Positions 19,030 to 28,621 of a stretch of 64,000 nucleotides of DNA are shown one piece after another. Where the stretch lies: the NCBI GenBank assembly GCA_963762015.1, contig CAVXJL010000012.1, forward strand, positions 214,668 through 278,667, in the 5' to 3' direction. Position numbers and translations under genes: made by a program. The notes under the pieces are model-generated. The model saw only the letters and a list, made by a program, of their open reading frames with translations, did not search any database and was not told the DNA's origin. Within the stretch, counting starts at the first letter, position 1. Every line of letters starts with the position of its first letter. The DNA is from an uncultured Actinomycetota bacterium. GTDB lineage: Bacteria > Actinomycetota > UBA4738 > HRBIN12.

Positions 19030-20163
19030 TCAGTCGGCCGCAGACTCTCGGAGCCAGCCCGCGAGCCGCTCGGCGACCCGGGGCCACGTGTGCTCACGCT
19101 CGACCCGAGCCCGGCCGTTCTTGCCGAGTCGCCTCGCGTAGGCAGGGTCCTCCAGCAGGGTCGCCAGCGCGTCGGCAACGCCCTCGACCTACGAACCGTC
19201 GACGAGGAGGCCCGTCTCTCCGTGCACCAGCGCTTCGCGCGAACCACCGGAGTCGCCGACGACGACCGGGCGCCCGCAGGCGGCTGCCTCGATGAAGACG
19301 TTTCCCCACCCTTCCACCTCGAGGCCGGCCAGGCGGGTGCGGCACGGCATCGCGAAGACGTCGCCGACCGCGTAGTAGCGGGGAAGGTCCTCCTCGGGCA
19401 CCTCACCCGCGAACGCCACGGACCGGGTCGGCGCCCGCTCGGCGAGGCTGCGGAGCTTCCGTTCGTAGGGCCCCGAACCCACGATCAACAGTGCGGCCTC
19501 CGGAACGCGGCGCTGCACCGCACGCATCGCCCCGATCAACACGTCCTGCCCCTTGCGCGGCACCAACCGGCTCACACAGACGATCAGTGGCCGGTCGCCG
19601 AGTCCGTACCGCTCTCGGATGTCCTCGGTCGGCAGGTCCGGTCGGAACCGCTCCACGTCCGCACCCGGATGCAGCACCGAGACGGGGACCCGGCGAGGAA
19701 CCGCCGTGCGGACCCGTCGTGAGATGAACTCGCTGCAACCGGCCACACGCGAGGCGTGAGACGTCATCCGCTTCATCACGCTGTGCGCCACCGGGACGGT
19801 GGACAGCCAGTAGTCGAACCCGTGCACCAGCACCACAGAGGGTGTCCCGCGCGAGGCGAGTCGTGGACCGAGCAGCGCCAGCGGGAACGCGTCGCCGAAC
19901 AGCACCACCTCGGCACCCGTCCGGGCGATCTCGGCCTCCACTCGGTCGGCGAACGAGGGCGTCGGCCACACGAACCGGCTTCGCTCCCTGACGACCTCGT
20001 AGCCGACGCTCGCGTCGAATGAGGACGAACCTTCCGACGACGGGGCGATCACGGAGAGCTTCGTCGCCGGGAGCGATCGGCAGATGGATCCGAGCGTCCG
20101 CTGGATGCCACCGACCCGCGGCGGGAAGTCGTTCGTGACGACGAGGGTCCTGGGTATCTCCAC
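19030..20163 (-). CDS. GT4 glycosyltransferase (PimB-like) with an in-frame TAG at 19189-19191
   Basis: VTNDFPPRVGGIQ, SRLVPRKG and EGWGNVFIEAAACG; the same frame continues past TAG with a normal GT4 C-terminus. Confidence 0.85.
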
Positions 20164-20197
20164 CGGACCGTTATCCTCTCAGAGGGTGGTCGAGCAC

Positions 20198-21148
20198 ATG
20201 CGTGCTCGGGCGCAGCGCCCTCTGAGACCCCACACCCCCGAGTCCAGAGCGTGCCCACGGAAGGGAGGACTTCGCACGGGATCGACGGCATCGGACGCGC
20301 TCGAAGACGGTACGGCCTTCGCGCTGCTGTCCGGGTGGCGGACGATCGCGGTGCGGGGCGCCGAGGCCGGCGCCTGGCTCCACGATCTCGTCACGGCAGA
20401 CGTGGAAGGGCTCGAGACCGGACAGAGCCGACGCTCTCTCCTCCTGACTCCGACCGGACGGATCCGCGCCGACTTCTCCGTCGCGAGGGTCGACGACGGC
20501 TCCTTCCTCCTCCTCCAGGCGGGCGAGCAACCCGAGGCGATCGACACGATCCTCACTCCGTACGTGCTCTCCTCCGACGTCGAGCTGGACAACCGGACCG
20601 AGCGATCGTCGATCGTCGCGGTCCTCGGCGGCTCTGCCGACGAGGACGGCGACGCCGGACTCGTCCTCGCGCCGTCGGTCGTCGGCAGCGGGCACGACAT
20701 CGTCGTGCCCGCGGGCGAGCCCCTCCGAGTGGTCCGCGGGCGGCTGACGGAACGAGGGCTCACCGAGGTCACCCCCGCCGACGTCGAGACCTGGCGGATC
20801 CTCCGTGGGGTTGCACGGATGGGAGCGGACTTCGGGCCGGACGCACTGCCTGCAGAAGCGGGACTCGAGGACACGATCGACTTCACGAAAGGGTGCTTCT
20901 TGGGTCAGGAGTCGGTGGCGAAGGTGCGGAACCTCGGCCATCCGCCCCGGGTCCTCGTGCCCGTTCGCTCCGCGACGGCGATCCATCCGGGCGCACCCGT
21001 GCTCGCAGACGGAGTCACCGTCGGAGAGGTGACAAGCGCCGCGGAACGGAACGGAGAGACGCGCGCGATCGTCCGCATCCGGTGGGACGCGGCCTCGAAG
21101 CCGCTCTCGACGGGAGCCGGAACGCTCTCCCTACGGCGCAAAGAGTAG
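20198..21148 (+). CDS. YgfZ-family folate-binding protein (start uncertain)
   Basis: KGCFLGQE signature and LLLTPTGRI. Confidence 0.85.
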   Translation: MRARAQRPLRPHTPESRACPRKGGLRTGSTASDALEDGTAFALLSGWRTIAVRGAEAGAWLHDLVTADVEGLETGQSRRSLLLTPTGRIRADFSVARVDDGSFLLLQAGEQPEAIDTILTPYVLSSDVELDNRTERSSIVAVLGGSADEDGDAGLVLAPSVVGSGHDIVVPAGEPLRVVRGRLTERGLTEVTPADVETWRILRGVARMGADFGPDALPAEAGLEDTIDFTKGCFLGQESVAKVRNLGHPPRVLVPVRSATAIHPGAPVLADGVTVGEVTSAAERNGETRAIVRIRWDAASKPLSTGAGTLSLRRKE

Positions 21149-21284
21149 ATACTTCGGGTCATTTCCTATCGGCCACCTGGGGGTTTGCTCCGACCCGACC
21201 GACGACCCCTTCCCCGCCGTGGTCACTCCGTGCTATTCCTTCGTTCCCGGAAACGACGGGGATCCCGGGGGGAGGTACGGAAGG

Positions 21285-21563
21285 GTGCGCATCGATCGTC
21301 TTCCGAGCTTCGACATCGAAGTGTTACCCGATGATCCCTCTCCCCCCGACGTCTGGCAGGAGCGCTCTGCGTGCTTCGGGATCGATCCCGATGTCTTCTT
21401 CCCGATCTCCGAGGAGGAGGCCGGCCCCGCGCTCGCGTTCTGCAGCGCCTGCACGATCCGCCGGGAATGCCTCTCGTGGGCCCTGAAGAACGGGGAGCGC
21501 TACGGGGTCTGGGGAGGGCTGACGGAGCAGGAGCGACGTCGCCTCTCCCGCCAGGTCGCGTGA
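21285..21563 (+). CDS. WhiB-family Fe-S transcription factor
   Basis: Four Cys (C-x22-CxxC-x5-C), FFP and GVWGGLTEQERR. Confidence 0.93.
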   Translation: MRIDRLPSFDIEVLPDDPSPPDVWQERSACFGIDPDVFFPISEEEAGPALAFCSACTIRRECLSWALKNGERYGVWGGLTEQERRRLSRQVA

Positions 21564-21650
21564 TCACATAGAGTGATCGTCTCTACCTGCTCCTAGGCAG
21601 GAGAAAAGCCCCGAAACAGGCTATGCGTCCGAGGGCCATAGGGAGCCGAT

Positions 21651-24600
21651 ATGTCCGGTATGGACCTCGGCTCCCGCATATCCCGCCTACGTGCTTTCCA
21701 CGGACGTCTGTTGCGCGTTGTAGCTGGGACCGCGGCCGCCGCCGTGCTCCTCGTTGCCGTTCCCTCGCCCGCGACTGCGGCCCCGACACCGACCGTGACG
21801 ATCACCGACGTCGCCGTGACCGAGGGCACAGGCGCCTCCGTCAACGCGAGCTTCACGATCCAGGTCGCTCCTCATCCTCGAGCCTGCTGCGCCCTCCAGG
21901 TCAACTGGGCGACGGCGCCGGGCTCGGCGACGGCCCCGGCCGACTTCACCACGTCGTCTGGGAGCGTCTCCCTCACGAAGACCGTCTTCTCCAGGGTCGT
22001 GACCGTGCCCGTGGCCGGGGACGCGATCGACGAGTCGAACGAGACCTTCGTGGTCAACCTCTCCAACCTCGTCGGCTCACCGGGACTGATCGGTGACGCG
22101 CAAGGGGTCGCCACGATCACGGACAACGACAACCCCCCTCTGGTCTCGGTGAACGACGTCTCGGTCACCGAAGGGAACGCCGGCACCGCGACGGCAACGT
22201 TCACCGCTTCCCTCTCGGCAACGAGTGCGAACGCCGTCACCTTCGACTGGGCTACCGCCCCCGGGTCTGCCACCGCCGGCGTCGACTACGTGGCCGCGGG
22301 CGGGAGCCGCACGATCGCGGCGGGGGCCACGACCACCACGTTCGGCATCACCGTGAGCGGCGATGTGCAAGCAGAGGGCAACGAGAACTTCGGCATCACC
22401 CTCTCCAACCCTTCGAACGCGACGATCGGCGACGGCTCCGGGCTCGGGACGATCATCGACGACGATCCCCTCCCCGTCCTCTCCGTGAACGACGTCTCCG
22501 TCACCGAGGGGAACGCCGGCACGGCCACGGCGACGTTCACCGTGACCCTCTCGGCCACGATCGGGAACGCGGTCGGCTTCAACTGGGCCACGGCCGCCGG
22601 CTCCGGTACCGCGGGGCTCGACTACGTGGCCGCGAGCGGGAGCCGCACGATCGCGCCGGGGGCCACGACCGCCACGATCGGCATCACCGTGAACGGCGAC
22701 GTCCTGGACGAGGTCGACGAGACCTTCGGCATCACTCTCTCCGCCCCGTCGAACGCCACGATCGGCGACGGCTCCGGGCTCGCCACGATCACTGACGACG
22801 ATCCGCTCCCCTCCCTTTCGGTGAACGACGTCTCCACCACCGAGGGGAACGCCGGGTCGACCACGGCGATGTTCACCGTCGCCCTCTCGACCGCGAGCAC
22901 GAAGACCGTGACCGTGGACTGGGCCACGGCCGCCGGCTCCGGCACCGCGGGGGTCGACTACGTGGCCGCGAGCGGAAGTCGCACGATCGCGGCCGGCGCC
23001 ACGACCGCCACGATCGGCGTCACCGTGACCGGCGACGTCCTGGACGAAGCCAACGAGACGTTCGGCATCTCCCTCTCCAACCCCGGGAACGCGACGATCG
23101 CCGATGGTTCGGGCCTCGGCACGATCACCGACGACGACGCACCCCCGGTCCTCTCGGTGAGCGATGCTTCGGTGACCGAAGGCAACGCAGGCACGACCAT
23201 CGCCACGTTCACCGCTTCGCTTTCGACTGCGAGTGCGAACGCCGTCACCTTCAACTGGACCACCGCGGCGGGCTCCGCCACCGCCGGCCTCGACTACGCC
23301 GCCGCGAGCGGTGGCGGCACGATCACGGCCGGATCCACCAGCACCACGTTCGACGTCGACGTCAACGGCGACGTGCTGGATGAGGCAGACGAGACCTTCG
23401 GCATCACCCTATCCGCCCCCGGGAACGCCACGATCGGCGACGGCTCCGGCCTCGGCACGATCAACGACGACGATCCCCTTCCCGTTCTCTCGGTGAACGA
23501 CGCCTCGGTCACGGAGGGGGATGCCGGGACCGTGAACGCCACGTTCACCGCCACGCTCTCTTCCGCGAGCGGCAAAGCGGTGACCGTCGACTGGGCGACG
23601 GCCGATGACGACGCAACCCAGCCGACCGACTACGTGGCCGCGTCGGGGACGCTGACGTTCGTGCCTGGCGACACGAGCGAGCCGATCGTCGTCACCCTGA
23701 ACGGTGACGGCACCGCCGAGCTCGACGAGACGTTCCTCGTCACCCTCTCCACCCCCGGGAACGCCACGATAGGCGACGGCACCGGGCTCGGCTCGATCGT
23801 GGACGACGAGCTCCTCTCGGTGATCGACATCGACGAGCCCACGGTCGCCGAGGGACAGAGCGGGACGGGAGCGCTCAGCTTCTCGGTGATCCTCTCTCAC
23901 CCGGCCGCGTTCCCGGTCACGGTCGACTGGAGCACCTCGGCGGGTACCGCCACGAGCGGCACCGACTACCTCGGCGCGAGCGGCACCGTCACGTTCGCCC
24001 CCATGGACATCTCCGAGACCGTGATCATCACGGTGAACGGGGACACCACCTACGAGCGGGGCGAAACGTTGATGCTGGATCTCTCGAACGGATCGGGCGC
24101 CCCGATCGGGGATGTGCGCGGGATCGGAACGATCGTCAACGACGACGACGCGCCGGTGGTGTCCGTGGCGAACGCCTCCATCGTGGAAGGCAACGCCGGG
24201 ACGTCTCTCCTCCACTTCAACGTGTCGCTGGCGGGAGCCTCCGACGTCGCCGCTTCGATCGATTACGCCACCGCCGGTGCCACGGCAACGACGGGATCAG
24301 ACTTCGCGCCGGCCTCCGGCACACTCACGATCTCAGGCGGCGCGTCCAGCGGAACCGTGAACATCGTCGTGAACGGCGACGTCATCTACGAGACCAACGA
24401 GACCCTGTCCCTGACGCTCAGCGATCCCATCGACGCCACCGTCGGGGACGGGATCGCTCAAGGAACGATCGTGAACGACGACAGGATGCGGACGGCGCTC
24501 ACCTTGAAGGTTGTTCGGGGATCACGTGCCGTGATCGCGAAGGGACTCTTGGAACCGACCAAGTCCGGTCATCGGGTCACCGCGACCCTGTTCCGGAAGC

Positions 24601-24812
24601 AAGGAACGAGGTTCGTGAAGGTTTCCGCGAAGACGGTCCCGGTACGGAACATCAGAGATCGCGACGGTGACAGCAAGAAGGACGGCACCTACACCGTGAC
24701 GTTCGTCCGTCCGACGCCGCAGGGCACTTACAAGGTCGTCGTCCGATTCAAGGGCACCGCGACCCACAAGCCGTTCACGCGCCTCAAGGTCTTCACTCTG
24801 CCGCGTCGCTGA
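21651..24812 (+). CDS. Secreted Calx-beta repeat surface protein (8 domains); start may be 21660
   Basis: Signal peptide (PATAA), 8 repeats VxDxxVxEG...DETF.V.L...G.GTI.DDD and a basic C-terminal domain. Confidence 0.88.
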   Translation: MSGMDLGSRISRLRAFHGRLLRVVAGTAAAAVLLVAVPSPATAAPTPTVTITDVAVTEGTGASVNASFTIQVAPHPRACCALQVNWATAPGSATAPADFTTSSGSVSLTKTVFSRVVTVPVAGDAIDESNETFVVNLSNLVGSPGLIGDAQGVATITDNDNPPLVSVNDVSVTEGNAGTATATFTASLSATSANAVTFDWATAPGSATAGVDYVAAGGSRTIAAGATTTTFGITVSGDVQAEGNENFGITLSNPSNATIGDGSGLGTIIDDDPLPVLSVNDVSVTEGNAGTATATFTVTLSATIGNAVGFNWATAAGSGTAGLDYVAASGSRTIAPGATTATIGITVNGDVLDEVDETFGITLSAPSNATIGDGSGLATITDDDPLPSLSVNDVSTTEGNAGSTTAMFTVALSTASTKTVTVDWATAAGSGTAGVDYVAASGSRTIAAGATTATIGVTVTGDVLDEANETFGISLSNPGNATIADGSGLGTITDDDAPPVLSVSDASVTEGNAGTTIATFTASLSTASANAVTFNWTTAAGSATAGLDYAAASGGGTITAGSTSTTFDVDVNGDVLDEADETFGITLSAPGNATIGDGSGLGTINDDDPLPVLSVNDASVTEGDAGTVNATFTATLSSASGKAVTVDWATADDDATQPTDYVAASGTLTFVPGDTSEPIVVTLNGDGTAELDETFLVTLSTPGNATIGDGTGLGSIVDDELLSVIDIDEPTVAEGQSGTGALSFSVILSHPAAFPVTVDWSTSAGTATSGTDYLGASGTVTFAPMDISETVIITVNGDTTYERGETLMLDLSNGSGAPIGDVRGIGTIVNDDDAPVVSVANASIVEGNAGTSLLHFNVSLAGASDVAASIDYATAGATATTGSDFAPASGTLTISGGASSGTVNIVVNGDVIYETNETLSLTLSDPIDATVGDGIAQGTIVNDDRMRTALTLKVVRGSRAVIAKGLLEPTKSGHRVTATLFRKQGTRFVKVSAKTVPVRNIRDRDGDSKKDGTYTVTFVRPTPQGTYKVVVRFKGTATHKPFTRLKVFTLPRR
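21789..24482 (+). repeat. Intragenic 336-bp tandem repeats encoding Calx-beta domains
   Basis: Equivalent GTG codons at 22149, 22485, 22821, 23157 and 23493, an exact 336-nt period. Confidence 0.85.
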
Positions 24813-24821
24813 ACCAACCCC

Positions 24822-24843
24822 TGTCGGTCTCCCTCCTCAGACT
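24822..24843 (+). promoter_or_regulatory. PafBC/RecA-NDp-like DNA-damage promoter
   Basis: TGTCGG-N10-CAGACT versus consensus TGTCGG-N10-TANNNT; 6 nt before the in-frame ATG at 24850. Confidence 0.55.
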
Positions 24844-24849
24844 GCGACG

Positions 24850-26595
24850 ATGGTTGCGCCCTCCCTTGACCCTCGAACGTCTGTTCGATACGGTGTCCCT
24901 CCCCGTCGGCCCCACCGATCGGAGGCACCCGTGCCCTCGGCTCCCATCCAGACCACCCTCGCTGAAGCGGTGCCACTTCGGGAGGTCTCCTTCGTGGTCG
25001 TCGACCTCGAGACCACCGGCGGATCACCTCGGGACTCCCGGATCACCGAGATCGGAGCGGTCAGGATCACCGGCGGAGAGCGCCTCGGGACGTTCCAGGC
25101 CCTCGTCAACCCCGAGGAGCCGATCCCCACGTTCATCGCACACCTGACGGGGATCGACGACCGGCTCGTGCGGCAGGAACCCCCCATCGAGGCGGTCCTG
25201 CCGGCGTTCCTGGAATTCGCACGGGGCGCCGTCTTCGTGGCGCACAACGCGCGGTTCGACTTCTCGTTCCTCAACGAGAACCTCGTCCGGCTCGACTATC
25301 CCGCCCTCGAGGGACCTCCGGTGTGCACCGCCAAACTGGCCCGTCGGGTCGTGTGGCCCGACGTCCCCAACGTTCGCCTCCAGACCCTCGCGCAGTACTT
25401 CCGAACCCGTGTGAAACCGATCCATCGGGCGCTGGAGGACGCGATGGCATGCGCGGAGGTCCTGGACGGGCTCCTCGACCTGGGTGGACGGCTCGGCATC
25501 CTGACGCTCGGGGACCTCCGCGAAGCCGTTCGCGCCCGCGGACGACCGCATTTCGGCAAGATCAGGCTCGCGGACGCGCTCCCCCACGCTCCCGGGATCT
25601 ATCGGTTCGTGGGTCGCGACGAGCGCGTCCTTTACGTGGGCAAGGCCCACGACCTTCGCGCCCGAGTGAAGTCCTACTTCTACGGCGACGGACGCAAGAA
25701 GGTCGAGGCCCTCCTCGGCGAGGTGCGTCGCGTCGAGGGCGAGGAGACACCGGGAGGGGAGCTCGAGGCGCTCGTGCTCGAGGCGCGACTCATCCGTCGG
25801 CACGAGCCGAAGTACAACCGTCGAGGCAAGACCTGGAGGAGGTTCGCGTACGTGAAGCTCGACCCCTCCGAGGCGTTCCCGCGACTGAAGGTGGTCCATC
25901 GCGCCGGCCAGGCGGACGGCTGCACGTACCTGGGGCCGTTCTCGGGCAGCGGGGCCGCCCGCCTCACGAAGGAGGCGCTCGAAGAGGTCGTTCCGCTCCG
26001 CAGTTGCACCCGCTCGATGGGTGCACGGACCCGCTTCTCGCCATGCGCGCTCGCCGACATCGGCCGGTGCCCAGCTCCCTGCGACGGCCGGGTCGACCCC
26101 GAGCGCTACGGAGAGCTCGTCCGGGACCTCCTCTCCTCCCTCGAGTCCCCGGACGGGCTCCTCGAAGCGCTCGGAGCGAAGATGTCGCGGCTCGCGGATG
26201 CGGAGCGCTTCGAGGAGGCCGCCTCGACCCGGGACCGGCTCCGAGCGTTGGCGGCGGCGCTGCACCGGGCGCGCAGGGATGCGTGGCTGCTCGGGGCCGG
26301 TCGGCTCGAGCTGGTGGTCGAGGGCGACCGACGGCTCTCGTTCGACGGGGGAGCGCTCGCGCGGTCCGGTGACGCCGGAGACGAGACGGACCCGATCCCG
26401 CTCCCCTGCCCGCGCGAGCGCGCCGATGAGTTGTCCGCGGTGCGCTCCTGGCTGGCCAAGAACCCCGTTCGCCTCGTCGCGTGCGATGTTCCGCTCAGCG
26501 AGCCGGTCGATGGCGGAGCTCGGATCGCACAGATCCTCCGTTGGACGCCAACATCAAGGAACGAACCCGAGCTTCCCAAGGTCGGCCGGCGCTAG
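24850..26595 (+). CDS. DEDDh exonuclease + GIY-YIG/UvrC-like repair protein (Rv2191-like); alternative start GTG 24931
   Basis: VVDLETTG, AHNARFD, HRALEDA, PGIYRF..LYVGKA, a Cys cluster and ERFEEAA (UVR). Confidence 0.9.
   Translation: MVAPSLDPRTSVRYGVPPRRPHRSEAPVPSAPIQTTLAEAVPLREVSFVVVDLETTGGSPRDSRITEIGAVRITGGERLGTFQALVNPEEPIPTFIAHLTGIDDRLVRQEPPIEAVLPAFLEFARGAVFVAHNARFDFSFLNENLVRLDYPALEGPPVCTAKLARRVVWPDVPNVRLQTLAQYFRTRVKPIHRALEDAMACAEVLDGLLDLGGRLGILTLGDLREAVRARGRPHFGKIRLADALPHAPGIYRFVGRDERVLYVGKAHDLRARVKSYFYGDGRKKVEALLGEVRRVEGEETPGGELEALVLEARLIRRHEPKYNRRGKTWRRFAYVKLDPSEAFPRLKVVHRAGQADGCTYLGPFSGSGAARLTKEALEEVVPLRSCTRSMGARTRFSPCALADIGRCPAPCDGRVDPERYGELVRDLLSSLESPDGLLEALGAKMSRLADAERFEEAASTRDRLRALAAALHRARRDAWLLGAGRLELVVEGDRRLSFDGGALARSGDAGDETDPIPLPCPRERADELSAVRSWLAKNPVRLVACDVPLSEPVDGGARIAQILRWTPTSRNEPELPKVGRR
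24866..24894 (+). promoter_or_regulatory. SigA promoter with a perfect LexA SOS box in its spacer
   Basis: TTGACC-N17-TACGGT containing TCGAAC-GTCT-GTTCGA at 24873-24888. Confidence 0.85.
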
Positions 26596-26605
26596 GCTCG
26601 GCTCG

Positions 26606-27148
26606 GTGGGTAGCGCCGTCGAGCTCCTCGCGCGGGAGATGTCGGAGACCTTCCACGACATGCGCTTGCGCCTTCACGGTCTGACCGATGACGAGTTCTT
26701 CTGGGAGCCCGTTCCGGGGAGCTGGACGGTCTTCCAGGACGAGCACGGCCGTTGGGACCATCACTACGAGGAACCCGACCCCGAACCCGCCCCATTCACC
26801 ACGATCGCCTGGCGGCTCACCCATCTCGCGATGTGCAAGGTGATGTATCACGAGCATGCGTTCGGAGCGGGCGAGCTCACGTGGCTCACCCTCGAAACAC
26901 CGGGCACGACCTCAGATGCCATCGAGTTGCTCGACACCGGCCATGCCCTGCTCACGGAGGATCTCGCGGGGATGGATGACGCCGGTCTGGAGCGACCCGT
27001 CCGGACCAACTGGGGCGAGCGATGGCCAGCGTGGCAGATCTTCTGGACGATGATCCACCACGACGCCCATCACGGCGGGGAGATCGGCGCATTGCGCGAC
27101 CTCTATCGAAGCACGCTCGCGGCCGAGGATCCGAGAGCCGGCGGATAG
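26606..27148 (+). CDS. DinB-family protein
   Basis: GLTDDEFFWEP, TTIAWRLTH and HDAHHGGEIGALRDLY. Confidence 0.85.
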   Translation: MGSAVELLAREMSETFHDMRLRLHGLTDDEFFWEPVPGSWTVFQDEHGRWDHHYEEPDPEPAPFTTIAWRLTHLAMCKVMYHEHAFGAGELTWLTLETPGTTSDAIELLDTGHALLTEDLAGMDDAGLERPVRTNWGERWPAWQIFWTMIHHDAHHGGEIGALRDLYRSTLAAEDPRAGG

Positions 27149-27158
27149 ACTGGCTCGC

Positions 27159-28337
27159 ATGGAGCGCGCGGTGATCCTCGAGGGTGCACGGACGCCCATC
27201 GGAAGGTTCCTGGGGTCCTTCGCCGACACGACGGCCGTCGAGCTCGCAACGTTCGCCGGGAAGGAAGCACTGATGCGCGCGGGCGTTACTCCCGAGCAGA
27301 TCGATCACACGATCGTCGGCCACGCCCGCCAGGCGGGCAACGGACCCAACACCGGGCGGCAGGTGAGCATCCATACCGGCGTCCCGAACGAGGTGGCCGC
27401 CTTCAACGTCAACATCGCGTGTGGCTCGGGCATGAAAGCCGTCCAGCTGGGCGCGCAACAGATCGCTCTCGGCGACGCCGAGGTCGTCCTCGCCGGCGGC
27501 ATGGAGAACATGACCCGTGTGCCGTTCCTCCTGGACCGCATGCGCACCGGCTACCGGATGGGCAACGCGACCGTGTACGACGCGATGTATCGCGACGGAC
27601 TGCTGGATCCGCTGAGCGGGCTGCTGATGGGCGAGACCGCGGAGAACCTCGTCGACCGCTACGACATCTCGCGGGAAGAGCAGGACGAGTTCGCGCTGGA
27701 GTCCCAACGGAAGGCCGCCTCCGGCGCAGACGCCCGCGCCGCCGAGATCGTCCCCGTGGAGGTGCCGGGCAAGCTCGCCATCACGGTCACCGGGGACGAA
27801 CATCCGCGCCCCGAGACCACGCCCGAAGGGCTCGCTGCGCTCACCCCCGTGTTCCGAGAGGGAGGATCCGTCACCGCCGGCAACTCGGCGGGCCTGACCG
27901 ACGGAGCCGCCGCGATGATCCTGATGGCGGAGTCGCGGGCGCGATCCGAGGGCCGCGAGCCGCTCGCGAGGATCGCGGGCATGAGCTGGGCAGGGGTCCC
28001 GCCCGAGATCATGGGCATCGGACCGGTGCCGGCGACGATGAAGGTCCTGGAGAAGACCGGCCTGTCGCTGGCCGATATCGACCTCATCGAGATCAACGAG
28101 GCGTTCGCCGCGCAGGTGATCGCCTGTGAACGAGAGCTGAAGTTCGACCGGGACCGTCTGAACCTCCTCGGAGGCGGCATCTCGCTCGGCCATCCGATCG
28201 GCATGAGCGGCGCGAGGATCCTGCTGTCGCTCGCGTACCAGATGCGGGCGCGGGGCGCGGCTCTGGGGCTCGCGACGCTCTGTATCTCCGGCGGGCAGGG
28301 GCTCGCCGTCATCCTCGAAAGGACCGAGCAGCGATGA
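27159..28337 (+). CDS. Thiolase (acetyl-CoA C-acyltransferase)
   Basis: NIACGSG, NEAFAAQ, GHPIGMSG and LCISGGQG. Confidence 0.93.
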   Translation: MERAVILEGARTPIGRFLGSFADTTAVELATFAGKEALMRAGVTPEQIDHTIVGHARQAGNGPNTGRQVSIHTGVPNEVAAFNVNIACGSGMKAVQLGAQQIALGDAEVVLAGGMENMTRVPFLLDRMRTGYRMGNATVYDAMYRDGLLDPLSGLLMGETAENLVDRYDISREEQDEFALESQRKAASGADARAAEIVPVEVPGKLAITVTGDEHPRPETTPEGLAALTPVFREGGSVTAGNSAGLTDGAAAMILMAESRARSEGREPLARIAGMSWAGVPPEIMGIGPVPATMKVLEKTGLSLADIDLIEINEAFAAQVIACERELKFDRDRLNLLGGGISLGHPIGMSGARILLSLAYQMRARGAALGLATLCISGGQGLAVILERTEQR

Positions 28338-28621
28338 CCGTGCACGCCGTCGTTCTGATCCAATGCCAGATCGACGAGATCGGCGAGGCCGCGCAGGCGA
28401 TCGCCGAGATCGCCGGCGTCTCCGAGGTCTACTCGGTGGCCGGCGAGTTCGATCTCATCGCGATCGTGCGCGTCGCCGATCACGACGACCTCGCGAAGGT
28501 GATCCCCGGTGGGATCTCCAAGGTGGAGGGGGTCGAGCGGACCGAGACGCTGATCGCCTTCCAGGTGTACTCGAAGCACGACCTCGAGCGGATGTTCTCG
28601 ATCGGCTTCGAAGAGAGCTAG
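28334..28621 (+). CDS. Lrp/AsnC ligand-binding domain protein
   Basis: GVSEVYSVAGEFDL, TETLIAF and YSKHDLE. Confidence 0.88.
   Translation: MTVHAVVLIQCQIDEIGEAAQAIAEIAGVSEVYSVAGEFDLIAIVRVADHDDLAKVIPGGISKVEGVERTETLIAFQVYSKHDLERMFSIGFEES

Noticed and set aside
19189-19191. Pyrrolysine or genome-wide TAG recoding, suggested by nearby methylamine genes
   Set aside because: Many genes here end properly at TAG, no pyl genes are present, and the site is in a non-catalytic loop
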